Source: Narcine bancroftii
Lineage: Eukaryota
DNA length: 64,000 nucleotides
Direction: 5' to 3'
NCBI RefSeq assembly: GCF_036971445.1
Contig: NC_091470.1
Span: forward strand, 140,058,001 to 140,122,000
In this document: positions 23,248-36,011 of the stretch, in pieces
Numbering within the stretch: the stretch's first letter is position 1
Layout: each line of letters starts with the position of its first letter
The notes under the pieces: model-generated
What the model saw: only the letters and a program-made list of their open reading frames with translations
The model's database searches: none
Told to the model about the DNA's origin: nothing
Made by a program: the position numbers and the translations under genes

Positions 23248-26200
23248 GAGGAGTCACGTGATGGAGTAGTAGCCGGTCGGGGAACGCCAGCCCTCTCCGG
23301 AAAAGTTTAAAAAAAACACAGAAAACACAAAGGCACAAACACAAAAATTAAAATAAAGTGAAAGTAAAGGTGGGAAGAAAATGGCAGCGAAGAAAGAAAA
23401 GTCGAAAGCAACGGGAAGTAGAGAAGAAGAAAAGACATCGGAAAAAGAAGGTGAAGGCCTTATCTGTCCGAGGAGGCCCGCTGTGGAGAGAGAGGCCCGC
23501 TCGCTCAGGTCAGTCGAAGTCCCGAGCTCGGGACTACAAAAATGGCTCACGGAGCCAAGCAAAAGTGCGCAACTGCGCAAGACAAAATAAAACACTGACG
23601 GGAGGGGAGAACCAGCTGAGGAGTCGATCTCCACAGCTGAGAATGACTGCTACAGTACAAGAAGAAGAAGAGAACATAGAAAACAACAAGAACAAGAAAG
23701 AAGAGAGTAAAAAGAAATCAAGGAAACAACAGATGACCAACCCCGAGGAAGAAGAAGAAGAAGAACATAGAGAAATGGAAGAAGGGAAAGGCAAGACAAT
23801 GGATATTTTTTTTTAAAGAATATATGGAATCAGTAAAAGAATGGCAATCACAAGAATTTCGTGAAATAAAAAGAAGAATTAAAAGTCCAGATGAAATAAT
23901 GAATAGATTAGAGATGGTCATGTCAGATATAGGAAAAAGAGTGGACAAAGTGGAAGAACGAGAAACAGCCGTAGAAATGGAAGTAGAGGATTTAAAAAAG
24001 AAATTAGAAGAATCTGATTTAAAAAAGTTAAAGAGACACAAGGGCTGTTAGCTCAGAAGATGGAAAATTATGATAGAAGAAATAATATAAAGATAGTGGG
24101 CCTTAAGGAAGATGAAGAAGGCAAGAATATGAAAGAATTTATAAAAGATTGGATCCCCAGGGTCATAGGAAGACCAGAATTACAGGAAGAAATTGAAATA
24201 GAAAGGACACATAGAACATTAGCCCCTAAGCCACAGCCACAACAAAAACCAAGATCTATTTTAGTAAAATTCCTAAGATATACATTTAGAGAAAATATAT
24301 TGGACAAAATGAAGAAAATAAGAGAAGACAAAAAGCCACTGGAATACAAAGGTCAAAATTTTTTTTTCTATCCAGACATAAGTTTTGAACTCCTGAAGAA
24401 GAGAAAGGAGTTTAATACAGCAAAAGCAATCCTATGGAAAAAAGGATATAAATTTATGCTAAAGTACTCAGCGGTACTTAAAATAGTTATTCCAGGGCAG
24501 CACAACAGACTATTCTCGGATCCAGAGGAAGCACGAAAATTTGCAGAACAACTACAAGACAGACAGAGAGATGAAGACATGTAACGAGAGCAANNNNNNN
24601 NNNNNNNNNNNNNNNNNNNNNNNNNNNNNNNNNNNNNNNNNNNNNNNNNNNNNNNNNNNNNNNNNNNNNNNNNNNNNNNNNNNNNNNNNNNNNNNNNNNN
24701 NNNNNNNNNNNNNNNNNNNNNNNNNNNNNNNNNNNNNNNNNNNNNNNNNNNNNNNNNNNNNNNNNNNNNNAAATATATAGAGTATAACAAAGGTCACTCT
24801 CTTAATTCCCTCCTTACTTCCTCTCTTCCCTTTCTTTCCCTTATTAATTCTTATCTATATATGAAAATTAAAACCTTTTCTGGGGAGGCTGGGTGGGTAG
24901 GATTTACGGTCACTGCGAAATCAGTTGACATTGCAAGTGAATTTGCAAATCCAAATGGAGAGGGGAGATGTGGTTGCCCGACAAGGGATAAATGGCAACT
25001 CAGGAAGGGGAGGGGATAGTGGGGTTAAAGAAATTTTAGATAGGAGAATAAGGGAAATGTTTGATGTTTTAGAAATGTTGTCTTATAAAGTGTTCAAAAC
25101 AAGAAAGCAGGAATGGATAAGAAGGAAAGATGATGATAAGGAAATGGAAAGGAAAGATAAACAATGTATGAAATGGCTATGTTGAACTATATGACTTTAA
25201 ATATTAACAGAATACATAAGCAAATCAAAAGGAGGAAACTGTTAAATTTACTGAAAAAATAAAAAAAATGATATAGCATTCGTGCAAGAAACACATTTAA
25301 GTGAAATGGAGCACAAGAAATTAAAGAGAGATTGGATAGGACATGTAACAGCAGCGTCATGTAATTCAAAAGCTAGAAGAGTAGCTATATTAATCAGTAA
25401 AAATGTACCAATTAAAATAGAAGAGGAAATAATAGATTCAGCAGGGAGATATGTAATGATAAAATCTCAGATATATTCGGAGTTTTGGAATTTAGTCAAT
25501 GTATATTCACCTAACCAAGAAGATCAAAAATTTATGCAAGATATTTTTTTGAAGATAGCAGACACGCAAGGGAACATACTAATAGGATGGGATTTCAACC
25601 TTAATTTGGATTCAAACATGGATAAAATTGGGAAAAAAATTAACGGAAAGAACAAAGTAACCAAATTTATAATTAAATCGATGCAAGAAATGCAACTTTT
25701 GGATATATGGAGGAAACAACACCCAAAGGAAAAGGAATATTCATATTATTCGGGTAGACATAAAACATACTCAAGAATAGACCTATTCCTGTTATCAGCT
25801 CGCATGCAAGACAGAGTTAGAAAAACAGAATATAAAGCTAGAATATTATCGGACCACTCACCCTTGATATTGACAATAGAGTTAGAGGACATCCCTCCAA
25901 GAATGTATAGATGGAGATTAAACTCCATGCTACTTAAAAGGCAGGATTTTAGAGAATTAATTGAAAGACAAATTAAAATTTAATTTGAAATAAATACGGA
26001 ATCAGTGAAAGATAAGTTTATACTATGGGACGCAATGAAAGCGTTCATCAGAAGGCAAATAATAAGTTATGTAACCAAGATGAAGAAGGAGTACAATCAG
26101 GAAACAGAGCAGTTGGAAAGGGAAATAGTAAATATAGAAAAAGTATTAGCAATGAAGGAAGACACAACTAAAAGAAGAGAATTGGCAGATAAAAAAATAA

Positions 26201-27233
26201 AATATGAAACACTACAAACATATAAGGTGGAGAAGAATATAATGAAGACAAAACAGAAATATTATGAACTAGGGGAAAAAATGCACAAAATTCTAGCATG
26301 GCAGCTTAAGACAGAACAAGCTAAGAAAATGGTATTGGCATCAAGGAAAAAAGACAAACAAATCACATATAATCCAACGGAGATTACTGAAAACTTTAGA
26401 GAATTCTATGAACAATTATACCAAACTGAAAACGAAGGGAAAGAAGGCAAAATAGATGAATTTTTAACTAAAATTGAACTACCAAAATTACAAATAGAGG
26501 AACAAAATAAATTAACAGAACCATTTGAAATAGTAGAAATACAAGAGATAATAAAAAAACTACCAAATAATAAAACACCAGGAGAGGATGGATTCCCAAT
26601 AGAATTCTATAAAACATTTAAAGATTTATTAATTCCTCCCCTCCTGGAAGTAATCAACCAGACTGATAAAACACAAAGCTTACCAGATTCATGCAAAACA
26701 GCAATAAATACAGTAATACCAAAGACAGGGAAAAATCCACTCGCACTAGTGTCATATAGACCAATATCTTTACTTAACACAGATTACGAGATAATAGCTA
26801 AACTATTAGCAAACAGATTAGCCGACTATGTACCAAAAATAGTAAATCTAGACCAAACTGGATTTATTAAAAAAAGACAAACAACAGACAATATTTGTAA
26901 ATTTATTAACAATTCATGCAGTAGAAGGAAATAAAGCTCCAACAGTAGCGGTTGCTTTAGACGCAGAGAAGGCCTTTGACAGAGTAGAATGGAATTATTT
27001 ATTCAAAGTACTACAAAAATTCAGTTTACCAGAGAAATATATTAATTGGATTAAAGCATTATATAAGGGGCCATTGGCGAAAGTGACAGTAAATGGATAT
27101 ATATCAAAACAATTTAACTTAAGCAGATCAACAAGGCAGGGATGCCCACTATCGCCCTTATTGTTCACGTTAGCCATAGAACCACTAGCAGAATTGATAA
27201 GAACAGAAAATAAAATAAAAGGGATAAAAATAA
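23248..27233 (+). mobile_element. L1-clade LINE with intact 5' end, 3'-truncated inside RT, flanked by an 18-bp TSD
   Basis: ORF1 remnants (RRNNIKIVGL..IERTHR..FYPDIS), APE (QETH, YSP, SDHSP), RT ([22 protein letters not shown]). AAGGGGAGAAATATAGGG at 23230-23247 and 27234-27251. Confidence 0.92.
24594..24770. other. Assembly gap (177 N)
   Basis: Run of N between L1 ORF1 and ORF2. Confidence 1.
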
Positions 27234-27448
27234 AAGGGGAGAAATATAGGGTTGGAGAGTGAGGTGGTGAGAAGCGTAGAGATAGAGCGGAGGATACAGA
27301 GAGCGAGAGACAGAGATATGGGGGTGGGGAGAAAGCGTGGGGGTGCGAAGGCGAGATATAGTGTTCAGACAGCGAATCAAGAATGGGAGTAGGGGAGAGA
27401 GAGAATGAGAGTAAGGGGTGTGGAGGGAACGAACAATGGGTGCAAGAA

Positions 27449-27486
<38 letters not shown>

Positions 27487-28114
27487 AGATAATAAGAAGA
27501 CCCCCTCGAGTGGAGATCAAATCATGACAGAGAGATAGCGAAGGACGGACAGGGAGAGAGATGGTGAGGGGTACATAAATGATGGGGGAGGGTGGAGGTG
27601 GGGAGGCAGAGTGAAAGCTGGAGGGGGAGAGCGTTAGATAAAGAGAGGTATGGGGTGGATAAGAGAGGCAAAAAATAAGTGCAGCGAAGTGAAAAAGGAG
27701 GGAGAGAGGAGAGAAAGATGAAGAGAAAACGGAGTGAACTGTGAGGGAAAGGGGGGAGAGAGAAGTGAGTGGAGGGAGCTAGAGAGAGCGTGATTGGGGA
27801 GAGGAAGATCGACAGACTGCAGCAGTACAGAACGAAAATAAATTTGTTGATTCTTAGATAAGAAAATGAACTCGCGGTGTGGAGCTTGGCAGATGGAAAA
27901 GAGAGAAGAGGAGTGAGGTGGGGAGAGCAGGAGGAACGTGCAGTGAGAGGCAAAGTGTGTGAGGACGACAGAGTGGGGGGAGTGTGGGAAAATCTGATCG
28001 GCGAGAGGTGCAGAGGGAGAGGAATGGGAGGGAGAACTGAATCCAGAAAGGATTAGTGAGAGAGAGAGAGAGGGGGGCGGAGACAGAGTTAATTGAAGAG
28101 AGACTTGTTCAGCT

Positions 28115-28322
28115 GAACGCGTCATTGGATGAAAATGTTCTGGCTGCGTCACGTTGAGCGGCTCTGATCACCACTTCAATTCCCATTGGTTAAGATGGGA
28201 GAAGGCGCGTGTCCAATCTACAACACATCTCCCGATTTGACGTAAGGAGCGAATCTGTCTCTCTGAGATCCGGACCTCGAAAGCCTTCCTCTCATTACAA
28301 AGTGAACCCCGCCCAGAGAGAA
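28115..28322 (+). promoter_or_regulatory. Vbeta proximal promoter (representative copy; homologues precede most leaders, e.g. 14285, 17800, 20490, 31365, 34395, 37330, 38155, 40985, 55255)
   Basis: Recurrent order: CRE-like CGTCA elements (TGCGTCA 28145-28151), inverted CCAAT (ATTGG 28185-28189), GGGCGTG-type Sp/KLF box, then TTACAAAG ~25 nt before ATG. CRE-type elements are typical of mammalian Vbeta promoters. Confidence 0.65.
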
Positions 28323-28578
28323 ATGCTTCTGCTTCTGGGGATCGTGGCCTGGTTTGACTGTAAGTGGGACCGACCCCATGTTTCACTCACCTCACTTGTC
28401 CCCTCTCATCCCGATCTTTCGGCTCGCGATTATTTTCTTTCAAGTGTTCCCGAAACTCAAAGACACTTCCGTGTCCTCATTCCCTCTTCGCTACTTTCTG
28501 TCTCTCTCCTTCTTTTTCTTTCTCGTTTTCTCTCCCTCCCCCCTCTCTCTCTCTCTCTCTCACTCACATACACACACA

Positions 28579-28618
<40 letters not shown>

Positions 28619-28950
28619 ATCGTATTTTTTCTCTTTCATCTCCTCTTTTTTTTTGGTTCCTCTGTCTCTCTCCCTTTCACTCTCTTTCACTCTTTCTGCT
28701 TTCCCATCTTTTAGTCTTTCTATTATATTCTATTTCTCTTTCCCCTTTTATTTTTCTCCTTTTTCTCCATTGTGCCTCTCGCCTTCTCTTTCCTCTCTTT
28801 CTTAGTCTTCTCTCTCTCTCTATCTTCTCCTCCGCTCTCTCTTATAGTCTCTCCTTTTTTATCATCCCCTTCTCTCCATTCAATTTCTTCATTCTCATTT
28901 TTAATCTCACGTTCATCTCTCCTTATTTCTCCTGGTTCCAATTTTCACTC

Positions 28951-28987
<37 letters not shown>

Positions 28988-29904
28988 TATTTTTCCTCAT
29001 TTTGTCCATTTCCTTTTCTATCTCTCTATTCCTCTCTCCTCACTTTGTCCATTTCCTTTTTCTATCTCTCTATTCCTCTCTCCTCACTTTGTCCATTTCC
29101 TTTTCTATCTCTCTATTCCTCTCTCCTCACCTCTATTTTCCGGCCTCTCTCACCTTCCTTTGCTCGTTGATCTGATTTCTGTCTTCTCTCACCCTCCCTT
29201 CCTCTGCGCCCTCTATCACCACTTTCTCTCCCTTCGCCATCTCCTCCCTCGTTCAACTGATATGTTCTGTGCGGCTTTGCTCCCTTCGCTGTTTTCACCC
29301 GATCTCTCCATCTCATTCCTCTCACCAGGCCCTCTATCTGCTCCTCTCCCCTTTCCCCGCCCCCCTCGTACCCCATGTTTCTTCCGACCCCGGTTTCGGT
29401 CACTCATCGCCCCATTAACCGCGGTTTTCTTCTAATCGTTCCCTCTCTCCCATTTGCACTCTCTATCTTCATGTCTCCACCTTTGGTTTCTCCGATTCCT
29501 TCAACTATTTCCTTCCTTCAACACATCTCTTTCCCCAATGTCCGCACCGTCGAGAATGTCCCCAGATATCAATTACTCACCTCCACCCTCTTTCCCCACC
29601 TCTGTCTGTCCCAGATGTGAACTCGGCCACCGTTATCCAGACTCCAGCCGCGGTTTCCGTACGGGCCGGGAACAGAATGGTGCGGTGTACGGCGGAGCGA
29701 GGCAGTAGCACTGACAGACTGTTCTGGTATGACAACTCCCGGGGTCTTCAGTACCTGTTTTACTCCTATAGCAAAGTACATATGGATCCGGAGGGAACTG
29801 TGAACGGTTTATCCGCAGAGAGACGGGGAGACAACCTGTTCATCCTGAAGTCCGTCGACCTGAGCACAGCCCACTCGGCCCTGTATCTCTGCGCCTGGAG
29901 TGTA
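28323..29904 (+). CDS. TRBV: TRBV CAWS-family V gene, open but atypical (ORF-class)
   Basis: Leader 28323-28359 (MLLLLGIVAWFD, GTAAGT). V 29615-29904 is open with both Cys and W, but has a 1-codon FR1 deletion and a remodelled FR2 (WYDNSRGLQY). Ends YLCAWSV. Confidence 0.7.
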
Positions 29905-29943
29905 CACGGCGCCACGAACAGTCGACAAGTTCCGACAAAAACC
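29905..29943 (+). other. 23-RSS
   Basis: CACGGCG + 23 bp + consensus nonamer ACAAAAACC. Confidence 0.92.
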
Positions 29944-30843
29944 TCCCAACCTCAGAATTGTAAAGGGGCGTGACCGGCTGCAGGAGGACAGGTGCCTTGG
30001 AGCCAAAGGTGGAGCTGTCACTCAGAAGCGTTGTGGAGAGGGATGATAACGTTATTTCAACGTCAACTCAGGCTGATGCGCTCCTGCGGAGAGCGGGAAG
30101 CGGAGAATCAGCGTTTTATCACCTGGTCCAAACATCTACGTACTTTAAACGTCCTGTAAATGAGCTGACGGTGGGTTATTCAAAAATGTTTCAACCACGG
30201 GGTTTGGGCCGAGGATGGCTTCAGCATCGGCGTCAAGGCGTTACAGAGTCGGGAGTGGCAGAGGACTGGTGCCGGGCACCAGTAAACACGACAGCCACCT
30301 GTTCCCCGCGTGAGATGGAGAAACAGAGGAGAAGACCCACAGGACGGTGTCCACGGCGGACGACTAGCGAGGGGCGCTGCGGCCGAACAATGCACAGGCG
30401 GCGGTGCTGTTGGCGACGAGGAGTTCATCACAGGCTGCGGACTGTCGAAGACCGGCTCGAGGCTGGCTGAATGAGTACGGGGTATTGTGATGAGGGTATC
30501 CTGATCGGGTGCTGAGGCCTCAGAAGGCTTCCTGATCGTGTCGGAAGTTTGCTTCTGGAGCTCGGGCACCCAAATACCTGGACTGGACTCTCTGGCTGCG
30601 GAGGATGCGGAAGTGCTGAATGTGAATCCAAGTACACTCGGTGACTCCAGCTGGACTCGCTTTCGCTTCTATTTCTCTGACAATAGTGGGAGCACCGCGC
30701 AAATTCTGCCGACGGCGAATGTGTGTGCCTTATGGCAGATTCAGATAATTTCATCAAAGATTACATCTGTTTTATTGGTTTCTCTTGGAGAAGTTACGTG
30801 TCTAATCCAAATAGAGAAAACGATGAACATGGAGAAATAAACG

Positions 30844-30884
<41 letters not shown>

Positions 30885-31516
30885 AACGGGAGGGAGGAAT
30901 AAAGAGAAAATTGCGTGATTGGAGAGAGGGAGCATCGGAGAGAGGGGAATAAATCGGGTAGAGAGGGGAAGAGAGAAGATTGGGGAGGTTCTGAATAAGA
31001 GCCAGAGAGTGGAGAGGAACATCAGCAGTTTCAGAGTCAGTACAAAACGAAATTAATTTATTGATTGTTATAAGAAAACGAAATAGCGGGAGAGGCCATC
31101 GAAAGATGAAAGAGAAGAGAGAAGGGGAAGGGTGAGTAAAGCCAGCTATGGAGAGTGGCAGGAAAGAGGGCTGAGATGCAAAGATGGCAGGGGCGACAGA
31201 TATGGTGGGAGAAACAGGGCGGAGAGAGATGCAGACGGAGAGGAGAAGGAGGGTGGTGGATTGAGAGAGTGAGAAGAGAGAGCGAGAGGAGTGAGAGAGT
31301 GGAGACAGACGTGCCTGAAGAGGCATTTGGTCAGCCAGTCGCGCTGTTGGATGAAAAGGTTCTTGATACGTCACAGCGAGCGGCCCCGATCACCACCTCG
31401 TTTCCAATTGGTCAATCTCGGAGTGGCGTCTACCTAATCTACAAAATCTCTCTCCTCAGTGCTCTAGCCCTCGAACGCATCACTATCATTACAAAGTGAA
31501 CCCTGTCCAGAGAGAG

Positions 31517-32653
31517 ATTTTTCTCCTTCTGGGGCCCGTGGCCTGGTTTGACTGTAAGTGGGATCGACCCCACGTTTCACTGCCTTCTCTTGTCCTGTCT
31601 CCACCCGTTCCTTCCACTCCCCGGTATTTTCCTTCAAGTGTTCCCAAAACCCAAAATCACTTCCGTGACCTCGTTCCCTCTCCGCCACTATTTGACCCCC
31701 TCGTTTATTTCTCTTTACCATTTGTCTCTTTCCACTGTTCTTCTCCACATCCCACCCTCTCTCTGTCGTTCCCCTCTCAGCTCACCTTTCTCTTTTACCC
31801 CCTCTATTCCATTCTCCATTTCCTGTCTTTCCCTTTGTTCGGTGATCATTCACACTCGGCCTTCTTCCTTTTCTTCACCTGTCTCTCTTCTCTGCTTTCT
31901 CCTTCTCCTTATCTTTTCTGTTTCAAGCCCCTTCCCTCTTTTACTCTCTCCTTCACCCTATTTTATCTTCACTCTATTCTTTATCTCCCTTTAACTCTCT
32001 CTTTATCTCTCATTTTGTCCTGAACCTCACGTTCCCATTTTGTATCTCATTCCGTCTCTCTCTTTTTCTATTTTCGCTTTCTCTCCTTTACACTTTTATC
32101 TCCTATCTCTCTCTTTCACTCCCTTCTCTGTGTTTCTCCCGACCCCGTTTTCTGTTTCTTATTGCCCAATATTCCCATTTTCTCTTTCTCTCTCTCATTT
32201 CAACCACTATTTCCATCTTCTCCCCCTTCAGCGTGTCCTCTTCAACTCTTAACTTCTGTAGAATTTTTACCTTCGGCCACTACACGCCAGAATTTCCCCG
32301 GATGTCTCTCACTCACCTCCTCCCTCTCTGTTTACCACCTGTCTGTCCTAGATGTGAACTCGATCACCGTGCTCCAGATTCCAGCCGCGGTTTCCGAATG
32401 GACCGGGAACGGAATGGAGCTGCAATGTTCGGTGGAGGGGAGCACCAGCAGCACTAATTATCTGTACTGGTATCGACAAGATTCGGCGAAGGGGCCTCAG
32501 AACCTGTTTTGCTTCATGTAAAACGCACACATGCATCCGGAGGGAACTGTGAAAGGCTTATACGCTGAGAGACGGAGCGAAAACCAGTTCATCCTGAAGT
32601 CCGCCGACCTGAGCACAGCCCACACGGTCCTGTATCTCTGCGCCTGGAGTTTA
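31517..32653 (+). pseudogene. TRBV: TRBV CAWS-family pseudogene
   Basis: Leader start ATG>ATT (31517). V 32352-32653 has TAA at 32519-32521 and ends YLCAWSL. 23-RSS CACGGCG 32654 / ACAATAACC 32684. Confidence 0.9.
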
Positions 32654-33306
32654 CACGGCGCCACGAAGTGTCGACGAGGTCCAACAATAACCTTCCCACC
32701 GCAGAGTTGAAGAGCACCGGGAACGGAGGGAGCAGAACTGATGCCTCCATGCCGAATGCCGAGCTCTCATTCAGAGGAGGAATGGGCGGGGCGTTTAGTC
32801 AGCGCAGGGGAAAACTTCATCTGGGGTCTGAGCGAGTTCACTGCATAGATTCCCATTTCTCGTAGTTTATTCTGAGCAACGAGGGAGGGCGGGAGACAGA
32901 CAGGGGAATAGACTGGGAGGGGGGGGGGAAGAGAGAGAGAGATATGCAGACAGACAGAGAGCGAGAGAGAGAGAGAGAGAAAGACAGACGGAGACAGAGA
33001 CAGGAGAAGAGAACGTAAGAGTGAGCGAGAGAACGCGATCTGGGTGGAGAAAGACGAAATTGGGGAAGAAATAGAGGCGAGATATAAGAGTAGAAAGTGA
33101 GGCCAGAGAAGCGAAGATAAACTGGGGTGAGAGAAGGGTAGAGAGGAAGTGTGTTAGCGTGTGGAAGAGAGATGGAGAAAGCGAGGGGGTGCAATGGCGA
33201 GAGTGAGGGGATTAATAGTGCTTAGAGAACGAGTAGAGGACGGGAGTGGAGGGGTGAGAGAGCAAAAGAGAGTGATGTTTGAGTATGGAGCAGACAATGG
33301 CTGCAG

Positions 33307-33355
<49 letters not shown>

Positions 33356-34601
33356 TATTGAACTGAAATCGTTGAGAGCAGATGTAGTCGATAAAGAGAG
33401 AGAAAGCGAGGGACAGAGAGGGAGAAGGAGGATGAGGGATACTTAAATGGTGGGGGAAATGGGGAGGGAGAGTGAAAGAGCGAGATGGAGAGATCGGTAG
33501 AGAAAGCTTGGGAGGGAGTGGATCACATAGGGAGGTAGTGAGGGTTGGGAAGCGATAGAGAATGGATAGAGTGGAGGAGAGATGAAGACAAAGGGGGAAA
33601 GAACTGGGAGAGAGAGAGGGGAGAGATCAGGGAGAGAAAGAGTGGAGGGAGAGAGTGAGAGAGCTGCTTGGGGGTGAGGGGAAGATTGACAGTCTCCGCG
33701 ATGGTACATAACAAAAATTAATTTGTTGATTCTAAAATAAGAAAATGAACTCGTGGAGTGGAGCTTGGGAGATGAGGAAAGAGAGAGAGAGAGAGAGAGA
33801 GAAAGCGACGGATGAGAGGGAGAAGGAGAGTGAGTGATACATAAATGGTAGGGGAAGTGGGGAGATGGGGAGGAAGAGTGAAAGGGGAGAGGGAGAGATA
33901 GGAAGAGAAAGATGGGGAGGGTGTGGATCACAGAGGGGAGTAGTGTTGGTAGAGAGGCGATAGATGAGGGATGGAGCAGATGACAGATGGAGAGGACGGG
34001 GAGACAACTGGGTGGGAGTGGGGAGAGAAAGAGGTGTGGAGGGAGCGAAAGAGAGAGACCTGATAAAGGCAAGAGAATGTTCGACAGTGTCCGCGACGGG
34101 TCAGACCGAAAATAAAGTTGTTGGTTCTTAGATAAGAAAACGAAGTTGCGGAGTGGAGCTTTCCAGATGGAAGAGGGAGAAGACAAGCGAGGAAAACGAG
34201 ATGGGGAGAGTGGGTGGAACAAGGGGTGAGTGGCAAACTGGGTGAAGACGACAGATTTGGGGAGAGCGTGGGAGAAACTGATCGGCGAGAGGTGCAGAGG
34301 GAGAAGTGGGGGAAATTGATTGGAAAGATGACTGAGAAGGAGGAGGAGAGATGGAGAGCGGACTCAGGAGCCTGAAGAGACACAATTCAGCTGAACACGT
34401 CCTTGAATGAAAATATTGTGCCTACGTGACTTTGAGTCGCTCTGATGACCTCTTCGATTCCTATTGGTTAACTTGGGAGAAGGGGCGTTTCTAACCTACA
34501 ACACCCTTCCAGATCTGTCGTGATGCGCGAATCTTTCTCCTCATAACTCCTGCCCTCTAACGCCTCCTTCTCATTACGAACTGAACATCGTCCAGAGAGA
34601 G

Positions 34602-35972
34602 ATGTTTCTCCTTCTCGGGATCGTGGCCTGGTTTGACTGTGAGTTGGACCAGCCCTACGTTTTACTCCCCTCTCTTGTCCCGTCTCCTCCCGATCTTCCG
34701 GCCCCCGGTTGTTTTCCTTCACGAATTTCCGAAACCCAAAGTCACTTCCGTGACCTCGTTCCCTCTCCGCCAATTTCAGATTTCCTCGTGTTTCTTTTTC
34801 TCTCTTCCTTTTTTCTCTTTTGTTTTCCTCCCTTTCTCCTCTTCGTTTATTCGCTTTCGTTCTCAATCTATTTCTATTTTCTCATTCTCCCTCCTTCGCC
34901 CCTCTCTATTACATTCTCCCATTCTAACCATTTTATCTCCTCTCTTTCATCCCCTCTATTCTGTTCTTCATTTTTTTTCTCTTTCGTTCTCTCTTTTTCC
35001 ACGCTCGTTCTATTTTCTCATTCTCTCTCTCAGTCCCCTTCTCTTTGTTTTATTCTCTCTCTCCATTTCTTCCTCTGTTAATTCACTTCATTATTTTCTA
35101 TTTCTCCTTTTACTACCATCTGTCCATCTTTTTTCCCGCTTTGACATACTTACCTTTTATTTATTTTCCATTACTTCAATCTATTTTCTTTCTATCGCTC
35201 TATCCCTTTTTCTCTCGCACTATTTTTCGCTCTATTCTTTTGTATTCCTCCTTTCCTCTTGCTCTTCCTTTCTCGATTTTCTGATGCTCTCTGTTCCACC
35301 CATTATTTTTATCTTTCCAACTCTATCCTTTATATTTCTTTCTACTTTATTATTTAATTCCCCTCTTCTTTCCCTTATTCTCAATTCTATTGCCCTCTTT
35401 TAATCTTTGTTCCTATTTATTTATCTCTCCTCTGATCACCTCTCGCTTTCTCTCCACGTTATTTATCTGTATCCCGCCCCCTATAGCTCGATTCCCCCAC
35501 TCAGGTTCTGTCCCTAACTTTGCACTCCCATCTTCCCCTTCACTTCTTCCGCTCTTCCATTCTACATCTTTCTTCATTCTGTACATATTTTCGCCCCTCG
35601 TCCCTCCACCCTCCAGAATGTCCTCAGATATCTGTCACTCACCTCCTCCCCCTCTCTCTCTCCTCTGTGCAAGATGTGAACTCGGTTACCGTCCTCCAGA
35701 CTCCAGCTGCGGTTTCCGAATGGCCCGGGAACGGAATGGAGCTGCGGTGTACGGCTGAGGGAAGCGGCAACACTAATTATTTGTACTGGTATCGACAAGA
35801 TCCGGGGAAGGGGCCTGAGAACCTGTTTTACTCCATTAGCACCGAACACGTGGATCCAGAGGGAACTGTGAACGGTTTATCCGCAGAGAGATGGGGCAAA
35901 TACCAGTTCATCCTCAGGTCCGCCGACCTGAGCACAGCCAACTCAGCCCTGTATTTCTGCGCCTGGAGTGTA
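34602..35972 (+). CDS. TRBV: TRBV CAWS-family V gene, apparently functional
   Basis: Leader 34602-34638 (MFLLLGIVAWFD, GTGAGT). V 35674-35972: VNSVTVLQTPAAVSEWPGNGMELRCTAEGSGNTNYLYWYRQDPGKGPENLFYSISTEHVDPEGTVNGLSAERWGKYQFILRSADLSTANSALYFCAWSV. Confidence 0.92.
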
Positions 35973-36011
35973 CACGGCAGCATGAACAGTCGACGAGGCC
36001 CGACAAAAACT
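35973..36011 (+). other. 23-RSS
   Basis: CACGGCA + 23 bp + ACAAAAACT. Confidence 0.92.

Noticed and set aside
29000-29150. Three ~43-bp direct repeats as a CRISPR-like or functional array
   Set aside because: Spacer-less CT-rich slippage duplication in a eukaryotic intron.
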